64,000 nucleotides of DNA from Microcoleus sp. (GCA_042408215.1 JAYFMW010000017.1:416001-480000); one strand, 5' to 3'. Counted from the stretch's first letter, positions 40,580-50,759 are shown. A program made the numbers and translations. Notes: generated by a model not told the origin, from the sequence alone.

Positions 40580-41050
40580 ATGTCAAGTTTTAGTGCGGCT
40601 GAACGGGTAGAATCTTTGAAAGCAGGGGCTGTTGCTGCTTTTGGGATGTTTTGGGGTTTTGGGGCGATCGCTATTGTTAATAGCTTGATTCTGGCCCGTA
40701 GGTGGGATTTTCTGGCGGGATTGCAGGTAAGGGCGATCGACCTAAATTTTGCTTTCAAAGGGTCGATCGCCCTTTTGGCCGGTTTTCTATTCGGTGTCAC
40801 CTACCGCTATGCGATTCGCCGAGATACTAATCCGCAACTCAAATCGGGTGTGGTGTTGGCTTTTGGGCTGGTGCGGGCTTTTGGACAGTTGGATGCTGGA
40901 TTGTTGTTTGAGGCGGGGAAAATGCCAGCCCTACAAGAGTTATTGCCCTTTGTGGTTCGGAGTGTCGAGAGTGTGTTATTGTTTGCGATCGCCGGTTTTG
41001 TCTTGGATTGGGCGATCGGGCGATCGTGGATTAAGCCTTTTGATTCTTGA
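40580..41050 (+). CDS. conserved cyanobacterial membrane protein
   Basis: ERVESLKAG, GFLFGVTYRYAIR.D.NPQLKSG.V.AFGLVR; about four TMs. Confidence 0.75.
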   Translation: MSSFSAAERVESLKAGAVAAFGMFWGFGAIAIVNSLILARRWDFLAGLQVRAIDLNFAFKGSIALLAGFLFGVTYRYAIRRDTNPQLKSGVVLAFGLVRAFGQLDAGLLFEAGKMPALQELLPFVVRSVESVLLFAIAGFVLDWAIGRSWIKPFDS

Positions 41051-41097
41051 GATTTGCCGTTGGATGGGAGATTTGCGGTTGGGTGGGGCGGGTTTAC

Positions 41098-42437
41098 CGA
41101 AAAACTGGGTCTAAAGCCCCGTCCTTCTAGGACGGCTTTGTAAAGCTTTGCAAACATAGAGAAAAATCTTATATCTGCTGGAGTAATATAAGGTGGGAGG
41201 TCAAACAATGCTAGTTTTTGAGTTTAAGGCCTACGGAAATAAGAGTCAATTTGTAGCAGTAGATGAAGCAATTCGTACAGCACAATTTGTCCGCAATAGC
41301 TGTATTCGGCTGTGGATGGACAACAACAAGATTGGGCAATACGACTTGCAGAAATACTGTGCCGTACTGGCTCATGAATTTCCATTTGCTGACGCACTCA
41401 ACTCTCAAGCAAGACAAGCTAGTGCCGAACGAGCTTGGTCTGCCATCTCTCGATTCTACGACAATTGCAAGAAGAAAAACCCTGGCAAAAAAGGGTATCC
41501 GCAGTTTAAAAAAAACTGTCGTTCTGTCGAGTATAAAACTAGCGGATGGAAACTCGCCGAAGATAGAAAGTCTATAACCTTTAGCGACAAAAAAGGGATA
41601 GGCAAGCTTAAACTAAAAGGTACTCGCGACCTGCATTTTTATCAAATTAGCCAAATCAAACGGGTGAGATTGGTAAAAAAGGCTACGGGAGTATACGTTC
41701 AGTTTTGTATTGACGCTGAGCGAAAAGAGAATACTGAACCAACAGGAAAGACTGTCGGTATAGACATGGGATTGAAGGAATTTTACACCGACTCAAACGG
41801 AGTAATGGTTGAAAATCCCAAGTTCCTCAGAGCAGGCGAAAAAGTTCTAAAGCGGTGTCAGCGCCGCTTATCTAGAAAAGTAAAAGGTTCAAAAAATAGA
41901 GGCAAAGCTAGGCTGATTTTAGGAAAGCGCCATCTCAAAATAAGTAGGAAACGTAAAGACCATGCTGTGAAGTTAGCACGGTGCGTAATTCAGTCAAACG
42001 ACTTGATAGCTTACGAAAATTTGAGGATAAAAAATATGGTGAAAAATCACTGTCTAGCTAAGTCGATTAACGACGCTTCTTGGTATCAGTTCCGTGTCTG
42101 GATTGAATATTTTGGTAAAGTATTTGAGAGAGTCACGGTTGCTGTCAACCCAGCATATACCAGCCAAGAATGCTCTAACTGTGGTGAAATTGTGAAAAAA
42201 ACGCTATCCACTCGCACCCACGTTTGTAAATGTGGTTGTGTGATGGATAGAGATGAAAACGCAGCTAGAAACATCTTAAGTCGAGGATTGAGTACGGTAG
42301 GGCATACCGGAACTTTCGGACGAGATCCGAGCAACGCTTTAGGAGAATTAACCTCTACTTTGATTGGAGAAATCCGGTCATTGCAAGTTAGCTCGTAGAT
42401 TAAAGAATCCCTGCGCGTTTACGCCAGGGAGTGTCAA
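41098..42437 (+). mobile_element. IS200/IS605 family tnpB-only element 2, inserted in a REP-like hairpin
   Basis: Follows TTTAC (41093-41097); left end aligns with element 1; right end ...GGGAGTGTCAA. Confidence 0.9.
41208..42398 (+). CDS. tnpB: RNA-guided endonuclease TnpB
   Basis: GIDMG / YENL / DRDENAA, CSNC..CKC; colinear with the TnpB at 33755-34939; ATG chosen by homology (MLVFEFKAYG). Confidence 0.93.
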   Translation: MLVFEFKAYGNKSQFVAVDEAIRTAQFVRNSCIRLWMDNNKIGQYDLQKYCAVLAHEFPFADALNSQARQASAERAWSAISRFYDNCKKKNPGKKGYPQFKKNCRSVEYKTSGWKLAEDRKSITFSDKKGIGKLKLKGTRDLHFYQISQIKRVRLVKKATGVYVQFCIDAERKENTEPTGKTVGIDMGLKEFYTDSNGVMVENPKFLRAGEKVLKRCQRRLSRKVKGSKNRGKARLILGKRHLKISRKRKDHAVKLARCVIQSNDLIAYENLRIKNMVKNHCLAKSINDASWYQFRVWIEYFGKVFERVTVAVNPAYTSQECSNCGEIVKKTLSTRTHVCKCGCVMDRDENAARNILSRGLSTVGHTGTFGRDPSNALGELTSTLIGEIRSLQVSS

Positions 42438-42565
42438 GAGATTATGCGTTTTCGGCAATTATTGTCTGTGAACCCGCCCCTACGGTATTTTTTCAAGAGG
42501 TAGATTGTGATTGATGGTGGCGCGGGGGCTGGTTAATCAGGAATTATTGCACCTTAAATCCGCCC

Positions 42566-43240
42566 TTAAAAGTTGAACACTTCAAATTCTGGACTACCAT
42601 AAACCATTTGTTTATCTACCGCCGACAAAACCTTATTGTTAGCGACATCAGAAACTAAACATTGGCAAACTAACTGCGCTACATCGGCCCGATGAATTGT
42701 TCCAGCAACTCGACAATCTTCTGTTAAAATACCGTTGCTCGTTGCTGGTTCCGATTTCAGTCCGCCCGGACGAATTACAGTATAAATCATCCCGCTTGCT
42801 ATCAAGTGATTTTCGGCTTTTTCCTTCTCTATTAAAACTGGCCCCAAAGTTTCCAAAACTTGCGGTTGCAAAGCAGCGGCACTGTTACCGCTACCGATGG
42901 ATGACACTAAAATAAACTTCTGCACTCCTGCTTTTACAGCTGCGTCAATCAAGTTTTTGTTGCCTAAATAATCTGCTCTTTCTCCATCTTTTGGTAAGCC
43001 GCCAATGGTGCTGATTACGGCATAAATCGGTTCGCCACCTGTCATCGCTGCGAGCACGGCATCCGCGTCCAAAGCATCGCCCAGAGCGACTTTGATGCCC
43101 ATTGCTGCTAATTCTGGGCTGGTTTCGGGCGATCGCAAAAGTGCTGTTACTTGCATCTGTTGTTCTGTCAAACATTTCGCGATTTCTAAACCAACGCCTC
43201 GGCTAGCACCTGCTAAAAAAATGTGGGTTCTCTCTGTCAT
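42566..43240 (-). CDS. atypical SDR / NAD(P)H-binding oxidoreductase
   Basis: GASRGVG, DYLGNKNLIDAA, IRPGGL, IHRADVA. Confidence 0.88.
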   Translation of the reverse strand: MTERTHIFLAGASRGVGLEIAKCLTEQQMQVTALLRSPETSPELAAMGIKVALGDALDADAVLAAMTGGEPIYAVISTIGGLPKDGERADYLGNKNLIDAAVKAGVQKFILVSSIGSGNSAAALQPQVLETLGPVLIEKEKAENHLIASGMIYTVIRPGGLKSEPATSNGILTEDCRVAGTIHRADVAQLVCQCLVSDVANNKVLSAVDKQMVYGSPEFEVFNF

Positions 43241-43391
43241 ATCAATTTTGTTGTAGTTTGTGCAGAATTTGGTTTTTTTGACTAGGGATCATTATATAAT
43301 AATCTTCTGTCAATTTGTGAATTATTTTTTTTTCTTTAACCGCAGAGGGCGCAGAGAGCACAGAGGAAGAGTGGGGAGTGATTCACAATTC

Positions 43392-44006
43392 CTATGAGAT
43401 TTTTTTCCCTACCATTACTACCCAAGATTGAGCTTCGCGTGGTAAACCGGGTGGGCGATAGTAGTGATTGATAATTGCAAATCCTGCTTGTTCTAAGCAA
43501 GGTCTTAAAGTGTGATATTCCCATCCAGCAGTGTAGCGTTTTCCTGTCGGCCTCTCGTCGTAGCCTTCCCAATTTCCTCGGCACATTGACATCACAATTG
43601 CACCGTTAATAACTAGGGCTTTGTGCAAGTCTTTCAGCACTTTTATCATCTCATCCCTGGGAACATGAATCAGGGAAGCATTGGCAAAAATTCCGTCAAA
43701 CTCTGCATTTGGTAAGTCTAGATTCAGAAAAGATTGGTGTAAAACTTCGCAATCTGACAACTCTTTTGCTATTTCTACAAATGCTGGAGTTGCATCTAAG
43801 CCCACAACTGTGTGTCCTTGGCTCTTGAACGCCACTAAGTCTCGTCCTGGCCCGCACCCTATGTCTAGGATTTTACCGGGGTTGCGGGGCATGGCAGCCG
43901 TCAGTGCGTCCCGATTTTGGGAGACGTCGTGATGCCATGTTCCTGCTCGGAAAGATTCGGCGGTTAGCTGGTATTCTGCGATCGTCACTTCTTCACGTTT
44001 GTCCAC
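43392..44006 (-). CDS. class I SAM-dependent methyltransferase
   Basis: ILDIGCGPGRD, FDGIFANASLIH. Confidence 0.9.
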   Translation of the reverse strand: MDKREEVTIAEYQLTAESFRAGTWHHDVSQNRDALTAAMPRNPGKILDIGCGPGRDLVAFKSQGHTVVGLDATPAFVEIAKELSDCEVLHQSFLNLDLPNAEFDGIFANASLIHVPRDEMIKVLKDLHKALVINGAIVMSMCRGNWEGYDERPTGKRYTAGWEYHTLRPCLEQAGFAIINHYYRPPGLPREAQSWVVMVGKKIS

Positions 44007-44159
44007 AATTCCTCCTTATATGATGTCCGGTTAAATAATACCCCATTCCATCCGATTTTCCATTGCCGAGGGATTTTAGATTAAAATTACTCATCAATTT
44101 AAAATCTCAAATCTCAAATTGCCCCATGCCCTATGCCCTATGCCCCATGCCCAATTTTT

Positions 44160-45573
44160 TTAATATTTTCTGCCGATTAGCAAATAAGTCGTCATGTCTC
44201 CTTTGCCTTTGACATTGATTGTACCGCGCTTTTCCAATAAATACCGATCGCACAGTAACTGATAAGTTGAATCGCTAACTTGAATTTTACCAGAAATTCC
44301 CTGAGATTCCATGCGGCTAGCTGTATTGACAGCATCTCCCCACAAGTCGTAAATAAACTTTTTGGTGCCGATTACACCTGCTACAACAGGCCCAGTATTA
44401 ATCCCAATGCGAATATTAAGTGGTTGGTCACATTCTCCACTCAAGTTTCATAATTTCTTGCTGCATTTCCAGGGCCATTTCGGCAATTGATTCTGCATGA
44501 TTTGTACAGGGCATTGGCAAGCCGCCTGCTACCATATAATTATCGCCGATTGTCTTGATCTTTTCCAGTCCATATTGCTCGCTTAATCGATCGAATGCTG
44601 AAAATATTTTGTTAAGTAATTCCACTAATTCTTGAGGAGATGTGCGGGAAGATATTTCGGTAAAGCCCACAATATCGGCAAAAAGAATCGTGACTTCGGC
44701 AAATCCATCCGCAATGTTGCTGTCACCTTTTTTTAGGCGATCGGCAATCATTGCTGGTAAGATATTTAATAATAAACGTTCGGATTTTTCTTGTTCTGCA
44801 CGCAATATTTCCTCGGCTTTTTTGCGCTGTGCAATTTCGTCATAGACTCGACAAAACATTTGATTGAAAGCAAGCATTACTTCTCCTAATTCATCATCAC
44901 GTTTGACTGAAAGAGAATAAAAATTAGGCTGATCTCGATCTTTGCTCAAAGCATCTCCCGCAGCTATCAAGTCATCGCGCAGTCTCAAGATAGGTGCAAT
45001 TACTGTACCTCCTAAAAATAGCATGGTCACAGAAGTCACAAAGGCTGATATAATGATTACAAGAATAGCAATTCGCCCGATAAATGCGTAAAGTTCAGGT
45101 TGAATTAAGGAAGCATCGTGGCGAACAATTAATATGTAATCACCTCCCAAATGTCGCTCACTCCAAGCAATATCATAGCGTTTCCCATCGAGATTTTTTT
45201 TGCGAACAATACCATCGTTTTTTAGTTCCTCTAAACTGATTTCTGGCGGTTCGCCAACTGTATAGATTAGCCCATCGTCAGCTTGGTAAATAGATAATCC
45301 TAAAATTACTGTAGAATCCTTAGTAATATTTTTAATTTTTGCTTGCAATACATTGCGATCGGACATATCTTGTTTGATCAAAAATATTAGGGAATCAACT
45401 GTGGCGCGAGATACCTGTTCCAGTTGCATTAATAGTTCATCTTCGCGCCGAAAATAAGAGGGAACTAAAATAATGGCCTCTATTACCAGAATGCTAGCAA
45501 ATACCCACAAGGCGATTTGCCTAGACAATCGAGATTTGAAGAAACCTAAGAATGAGAAAATTCGCAGTGACAT
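44160..45573 (-). pseudogene. HAMP-domain adenylate/guanylate cyclase, frameshifted near 44444
   Basis: TM-sensor-TM-HAMP and FADIVGFT/KIKTIGD in one frame; RIGINTG...[16 protein letters not shown] in the overlapping frame. Confidence 0.8.
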
Positions 45574-45811
45574 AAAATTTACTATTTACTATTTGTCAGT
45601 TGTCAGTTGTCAGTTGTCAGTTATCAGTTGTCATTAACTCTTAGTTTTTGACTCACGACTTATGACTACTGATTGATTAGAAGGCCCCTGAATAATATAA
45701 TAAGCAAATTAAACCGACAGTGCACTGACTAATCTGCCCGCCAGCAGAGAAGAAGTCAGAAGTCTTCACGATCTGGGTTAAGATAGTGATTGTAATATAT
45801 GGCTAGCGATC

Positions 45812-46561
45812 GTGAATTCTCATTCTACTGCCTCACTTGTAAACAAGGAAATATTTCCGGGAGAAGTTTTTGTCAATACTGCGGATTTTGATATCGGCAT
45901 TCGGCGACTTTTGCCTAAATATGACGAAATGCTGGATGTATTAGCAGGTTGTATTAGTAGTGCTAACCACCGTATTTTAGAACTGGGTTGCGGTACGGGA
46001 GAACTTAGTTTAAAAGTTCTCCAACGCTACCCATCTGCGGAAATATTTGCTGTAGATTATTCGCCGCGAATGCTTGATTTTGCCCGCAGGAAAATAGAGT
46101 CCGCAGGATATGCTGCTAGGTGGAGTGGAATTGAAATGGATTTCGGAGAATGGGCGAATAATCCCAATTTTTCTGGTTTTGGCGATCAATTTGATGCTTG
46201 TATTTCATCTCTGGCAATTCACCATCTTGATGATGAGATGAAGTTGAAGTTATTTCAACGCATTCGTGAAAGTTTAAATCCTGATGGCTGTTTTTGGAAT
46301 GCCGATCCGATATTAGCAGAATCGGCGGCAATGAGAGATATTTATCAAGCTGCGCGAGAAGAGTGGGCTGCTAATCAGGGGGAAACATTGGCAAAAATTC
46401 GGGGGAATGTGGGAATGAGTGTCTCTTATGGGTATTCCAATCCCGATCGCCTGGCGACACTCTCTGCACATTTGGAAATGCTGGCCTCATCTGGATTTGA
46501 GACGATCGCAGTTCCTTGGAAATATTACGGTATGGCGGTGTTTGGGGGTTTTGTTAATTAA
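45812..46561 (+). CDS. class I SAM-dependent methyltransferase
   Basis: ILELGCGTG, VDYSPRML, SSLAIHHL. Confidence 0.9.
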   Translation: MNSHSTASLVNKEIFPGEVFVNTADFDIGIRRLLPKYDEMLDVLAGCISSANHRILELGCGTGELSLKVLQRYPSAEIFAVDYSPRMLDFARRKIESAGYAARWSGIEMDFGEWANNPNFSGFGDQFDACISSLAIHHLDDEMKLKLFQRIRESLNPDGCFWNADPILAESAAMRDIYQAAREEWAANQGETLAKIRGNVGMSVSYGYSNPDRLATLSAHLEMLASSGFETIAVPWKYYGMAVFGGFVN

Positions 46562-46588
46562 GGAATTCTGGCGAATTACGGTGAATCC

Positions 46589-46641
46589 CGGCGGTTAGAA
46601 ACCGCGTCTACACAAGCAAAGTCCGCCTACGCGGACTAAGA
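46589..46641. repeat. double-hairpin REP-like element (CGGCGG...GGACTAAGA family)
   Basis: Near-identical to 53322-53373 and, inverted, to 54082-54133. Confidence 0.85.
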
Positions 46642-46661
46642 ATCAGAGAGTATTCTGGAAT

Positions 46662-47051
46662 TTAAGGAACAGGTGTGGTAATTTCAGTAGGTGCGATCGC
46701 CCCTGGTGTTGGCACTGCTTCTGCTGGGTTTTGCAGCATTTGGCGCTGTTTGTTCCGAAATTCGGCGGCCGCATCGTTTAAATTTTGACGCTGTTCAGAT
46801 GTAAATTCATCCATACTGCGGCCGCCTCCCAATCTGGATCTATGAATTAAATCAAATAGTCCTGTTCCACTGCTGCGGCCGGAAAAAGGGTCGGGATTGT
46901 CGTTAGTTTGAAAGTCTTGTAGTGGCTGGGAATTGTTTAAACTGCTGGCTTGAGCGAATGTTGCTTGAGGTAAGAAAAGGGTGGAAGATGCGATCGCACT
47001 GACAGCAACCCGCATTATCCAATGACTCGATTTAGAAGTTTTGCTGTTCAT
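46662..47051 (-). CDS. secreted hypothetical protein
   Basis: Signal peptide (TFA-Q), FDLIHR...NLNDAAAEFR. Confidence 0.7.
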   Translation of the reverse strand: MNSKTSKSSHWIMRVAVSAIASSTLFLPQATFAQASSLNNSQPLQDFQTNDNPDPFSGRSSGTGLFDLIHRSRLGGGRSMDEFTSEQRQNLNDAAAEFRNKQRQMLQNPAEAVPTPGAIAPTEITTPVP

Positions 47052-47171
47052 AATTTATTTGTTTAACCTTCAAAAAAAACAATTCTATCTAAACAATATT
47101 CTGAGGGTCAAAAAATATTGTACCACTTCTTAAAAGTTTAGATCCGGGTAGGGACACTCAAGCGTGCCCTT

Positions 47172-47366
47172 CTTAGTGTCAACTTAAGCCTGAAAGCCCT
47201 GATAAATCTCGTTTTTACCTGAGTCTAGATCCCCCTAAATCCCCCTTAAGAAGGGGGACTTTGATCGGACTCTTGTCCCCCCCTTCTTAAGGGGGGCTAG
47301 GGGGGATCTAGACTTCGACTAAAAACCGATATTTATCAAGGGTTTTAGGCTTAAGTTGACACCTAT
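47172..47366 (+). mobile_element. MITE type B (GTGTCAACTTAAG TIR) carrying the GC double-hairpin core, within a GTAGGGACAC REP cluster
   Basis: gtgtcaacttaagcct / aggcttaagttgacac IR; flanked by gtagggacactc and gagtgtccctac. Confidence 0.85.
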
Positions 47367-47461
47367 GGACAGTGGAGTGTCCCTACGATGGACTGCGATC
47401 GGGGTAGGGACTAAGGCCAAGCCGTGTCCCTACAATGGACGGTGCTGGTTAAACGATCGCC

Positions 47462-48352
47462 CTAAGCAAACCTGCGCCGCAACAGGGGCTGAATGCTCAG
47501 CAGCGCCACTAAATCAAACACCAGCAGCACCAACAGCGCTCCTCCAAAGGTGACTGTACCCCAAGGGGCTTGCATGACGACACTGGCTAGCGACCAATCG
47601 CTGTGCAGGTACAAATAGCGAATAGGTTCGATCGCATAACTCAGAGGATTGAGTGTCACCACAACTTGCAACCAGTCTGGCATAAATGACAGCGGCGCGA
47701 GGGCTGTGCTGGCAAATAACAGCGGCAGGTTAGTAACAAAAATTACCGCAATCAATTCTACGTGGCCGGGGAGAGCGAAGGCTAAACCCAGACTCAAACC
47801 AGTGACACCCAAAACTAACAACAGGACTATGAGGGCGATCGCCCCTAGTCCGGCAATTCCGGGGAATCCCGCGCCCAAAAACGCTCCAGCCGTTACAATT
47901 GCGCCTGTTTGGATGAAGCTGAGGGTGACGATGAAAATAGCGGAAGCTAGGACGATCGAAAATCTGGAAGCCAGGGGCGCGACTAATAGGCGGTTGAGAA
48001 ATCCGAATTCGCGATCGAACATAATCGGCAAACCGGCATTCAGCGCCCCGGCAAAGGCAGTAAAAACGATTACACCAGCGCCGAGAAATTGTCCGTAATT
48101 CTGGCTTTCGCCGAACAAGCCAGCGGGAGCATTTTCAAACAGGGCTCCGAACAAAACCAACCACATCAGCGGCTGAATAATGCCTGCAATTAGCGTTGAA
48201 GGGCGGCGCTGCAATTGAATAAACAGGCGCTTGGTTAAGGCGAGTGTTTCTTGGATGAAGTCGCCCAGCAGGGAACTGTTGGAGGCTGTAAGGGCCGTTG
48301 AGGGCGATCGCTGCTGGTTGAGGTTGTTGGTGGATGTAACAGTACCGCTCAT
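47462..48352 (-). CDS. ABC-2 type transporter permease
   Basis: DREFGFLNRLLVAP, NPLSYA; six TMs; ATG 48352 preferred. Confidence 0.9.
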   Translation of the reverse strand: MSGTVTSTNNLNQQRSPSTALTASNSSLLGDFIQETLALTKRLFIQLQRRPSTLIAGIIQPLMWLVLFGALFENAPAGLFGESQNYGQFLGAGVIVFTAFAGALNAGLPIMFDREFGFLNRLLVAPLASRFSIVLASAIFIVTLSFIQTGAIVTAGAFLGAGFPGIAGLGAIALIVLLLVLGVTGLSLGLAFALPGHVELIAVIFVTNLPLLFASTALAPLSFMPDWLQVVVTLNPLSYAIEPIRYLYLHSDWSLASVVMQAPWGTVTFGGALLVLLVFDLVALLSIQPLLRRRFA

Positions 48353-48440
48353 AATTACTTGTTTGCGCTGATTTTGATTAAATCTAACTATCTTTACAGT
48401 AGCAAGTCTGGGGGTATTGGTGGCGATCGGGCGATCGCCC

Positions 48441-49199
48441 TTACAATTGTTGGGGGTCAATGCCTTTTTCTCGCAGCAATTCTATTAAAGCTTGATAGCG
48501 CTGCTGTTCCTGTTGTCGCAGAGTGCGTTCTGCTTCTAGCTGTTGTTGAGCGAGTTGTTTTTCTTGCTGAGCAAGTTCTTTTTCTTGCTGTTCGCGATCG
48601 GCCCGTTGGCTTTCCTGTTCTCGAAGTCGATCTAATTCTACAGAGGTGAGGAATCTGCGATCGTCTGGGCGATAAATTTCGATGGTTTCTGGTGTGAGTT
48701 GAAACCGTATCCCCAAGCGGGGGCTAACCCAACCGTTGATTTCAGCGATTTCTTCTAGGCGATCGCCCACAAGTTGAGAGCCTGTAAATTCTACGGTATC
48801 TGGGTCATAGATGTAATATTCTTCAACTCCATAGTTCTGATAGAAGAATAGTTTTTTGAGCATTTCCGTGTGGGTATTTCCAGGGGATAATATTTCAAAT
48901 ACTACTTGAGGCGGAATATTATCTTCTTCCCATTGTTTGTAATAACCCCTATCTCCTTTTGGTCTGCCAAAAACAGCGAGTATATCTGGTGCTTTGCGAA
49001 TTTTGTTATTGCCTTCGACGGGATACCAGAGTAAGTCACCGGCAATAAATACGTCAGGGGAAGTAGCGAATAATATTTCTAGATTTTCTTTGATTGTGAC
49101 AATCCAGCGGAATTGTTTGGTGTTGTCTGCCATTGGTTGACCGTCGCTGTCCGGGTAGATGATTTGTGGTGTTGTTTGTGGGGCGAGTTGTTGTACCAT
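48441..49199 (-). CDS. Uma2 family endonuclease-like protein
   Basis: YPDSDGQPMADNT, APD, FEILSPGN, YGVEEYYIYDP; coiled tail. Confidence 0.9.
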   Translation of the reverse strand: MVQQLAPQTTPQIIYPDSDGQPMADNTKQFRWIVTIKENLEILFATSPDVFIAGDLLWYPVEGNNKIRKAPDILAVFGRPKGDRGYYKQWEEDNIPPQVVFEILSPGNTHTEMLKKLFFYQNYGVEEYYIYDPDTVEFTGSQLVGDRLEEIAEINGWVSPRLGIRFQLTPETIEIYRPDDRRFLTSVELDRLREQESQRADREQQEKELAQQEKQLAQQQLEAERTLRQQEQQRYQALIELLREKGIDPQQL

Positions 49200-49319
49200 G
49201 CCGTTCACCTTTTGGCTGCAATAGTTTTAATTCTATCACGTAGAGGGGAGTCAAGGGCGATCGCGACTGAAAAACGGTGCTGGATATGCTATATTGAGTA
49301 GGAAGAATTTGGCAGAAAA

Positions 49320-49526
49320 ATGTCTTGTACTTTCACGGCAATTGTTTATTGGGAAGAGGATGTTTATGTAGCCGAGTGTCCTGAAGTGGGAACGGCTAGC
49401 CAAGGAGAAACGATAGAAGAGGCGATCAGCAATCTCAAAGAGGCAACGGAACTTTATTTAGAAGAATTCCCTCTGCCTAAAACTTCCCCCCGTCTGCTAA
49501 CTACATCTAACAGTGCTATCCTATAA
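49320..49526 (+). CDS. HicB family antitoxin, C-terminus apparently replaced, no hicA
   Basis: EEDVYVAECPEVGTASQGETIEEAISNLKEATELYLE. Confidence 0.85.
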   Translation: MSCTFTAIVYWEEDVYVAECPEVGTASQGETIEEAISNLKEATELYLEEFPLPKTSPRLLTTSNSAIL

Positions 49527-49555
49527 GAGAACCAGACATTGGCGAGGAAAAAATC

Positions 49556-50035
49556 TTGTCAACTATCACCGACATAGGGACTTTAATTAGCCGTCAGCCT
49601 GACATACACGGTGGCTGTCCAATTATTGCCGGAACTGGTGTTACAGTGCGGCGCATTGCTATTTGGTACAAGCAAGGTTTGAATGCGGAAGAAATTGCCG
49701 ATCGCATCGGGCATTTAACTCTCACCCAAGTCTATGCAGCTTTGACTTATTATCATGCTAACCGAGAGGAAATTGATGCTGACATTGCAGCGGAAGAAGC
49801 AGAAGGATCTCGAATAGAAGCATTGATTTGCGATCGTCAGATTCAAAAGCAGCCCACCGATATAGATTTAGAAATACCAACAATAGCCAACTATCTCAGT
49901 CGCCGGGAATTTATGCAATTGTCGCTAGAAGAGAGGCGAAATATTTTAGAAAGACAAGCTGAGGTAATGTTGCAGCATTATCAGGAAGATAGAGAATGGC
50001 AAGAATTAGAAGCAGGAGATTTAATTGACTACTAA
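49556..50035 (+). CDS. DUF433 antitoxin fused to a second (MazF-partner-like) antitoxin domain
   Basis: PDIHGG.P.IAGT.VTV...QVYAALTYY, then F..LSLEERR.IL..QAE....HY...EW.EL. Confidence 0.7.
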   Translation: MSTITDIGTLISRQPDIHGGCPIIAGTGVTVRRIAIWYKQGLNAEEIADRIGHLTLTQVYAALTYYHANREEIDADIAAEEAEGSRIEALICDRQIQKQPTDIDLEIPTIANYLSRREFMQLSLEERRNILERQAEVMLQHYQEDREWQELEAGDLIDY

Positions 50036-50138
50036 CTCTCCTTCTCCTAAACGGGGTGATATTTGGTTGGCTAATTTTGACCCAACACTGGGAGCCGAAA
50101 TCAAAAAAATTCGTCCGGCTGTAGTAGAGTATGAGTAG
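50025..50138 (+). pseudogene. truncated PemK/MazF toxin (37 codons)
   Basis: TTG start overlapping the antitoxin end; PKRGDIWLANFDPTLGAEIKKIRPAVV then EYE-stop. Confidence 0.8.
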
Positions 50139-50228
50139 TTACTTATCAAGGGCGATCGCACTTGGTTTAAGTAAGGGCGATCGCAGACTTACAACTTAGC
50201 ATTCCCAGGTTACGCAGTCAGAAGGCAG

Positions 50229-50759
50229 TTATGGTTTAGCAGCTTTAACCACATCCTCAACCATTTTAATCGCCTCTTTGATTGCCATTTTACCGTTTTC
50301 TACGGCCCTAATTAAATCCTGAGCGTCTTTCGGGCTAATTAAATCGAGCCTGACGGGTTCTTTCAAGGAAACAATAAATTTAGTTTTATCGCTGTCTCCC
50401 AGCTTAGAGGCTCTTTCTTTGGCTTCAACATCTCTTAGCTGTTCTTTTAAGTTTTTCAGCATTTCTGCTTGTTTTCCCTCATTAAAAGTGCCATCAAAGA
50501 ACATTCGTTTTGCCCCTACAAGAGCCGCAGCACCTAAAGCTGCACCCCCAACAACTAATCCTACGGGAGGTGCAACGGCTATTAACCCAAATAGAAATGA
50601 TGTACCACCGAAAGCAGCCACCGCCGCACCAGCACCGGCAGCCCCCACCACACCAATGCCAATCTCTCCTAAAATGCCTAATTTATCATGTGGGTTTTTT
50701 TCCAGTTGCTCTATTGACTTCAGAATTTGCTCTTTGGTTGGCGTTTTATTTGCAGACAT
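50229..50759 (-). CDS. hypothetical membrane protein with Gly/Ala-rich hydrophobic hairpin and charged C-terminal domain
   Basis: GIGVVGAAGAGAAVAAFGG...GLVVGGAALGAAALVGA, then coiled/helical region. Confidence 0.7.
   Translation of the reverse strand: MSANKTPTKEQILKSIEQLEKNPHDKLGILGEIGIGVVGAAGAGAAVAAFGGTSFLFGLIAVAPPVGLVVGGAALGAAALVGAKRMFFDGTFNEGKQAEMLKNLKEQLRDVEAKERASKLGDSDKTKFIVSLKEPVRLDLISPKDAQDLIRAVENGKMAIKEAIKMVEDVVKAAKP

Noticed and set aside
33755..42398. TnpB proteins as Cas12 effectors or nuclease-dead TldR regulators
   Set aside because: No CRISPR array; both transposon ends present; RuvC acidic residues intact
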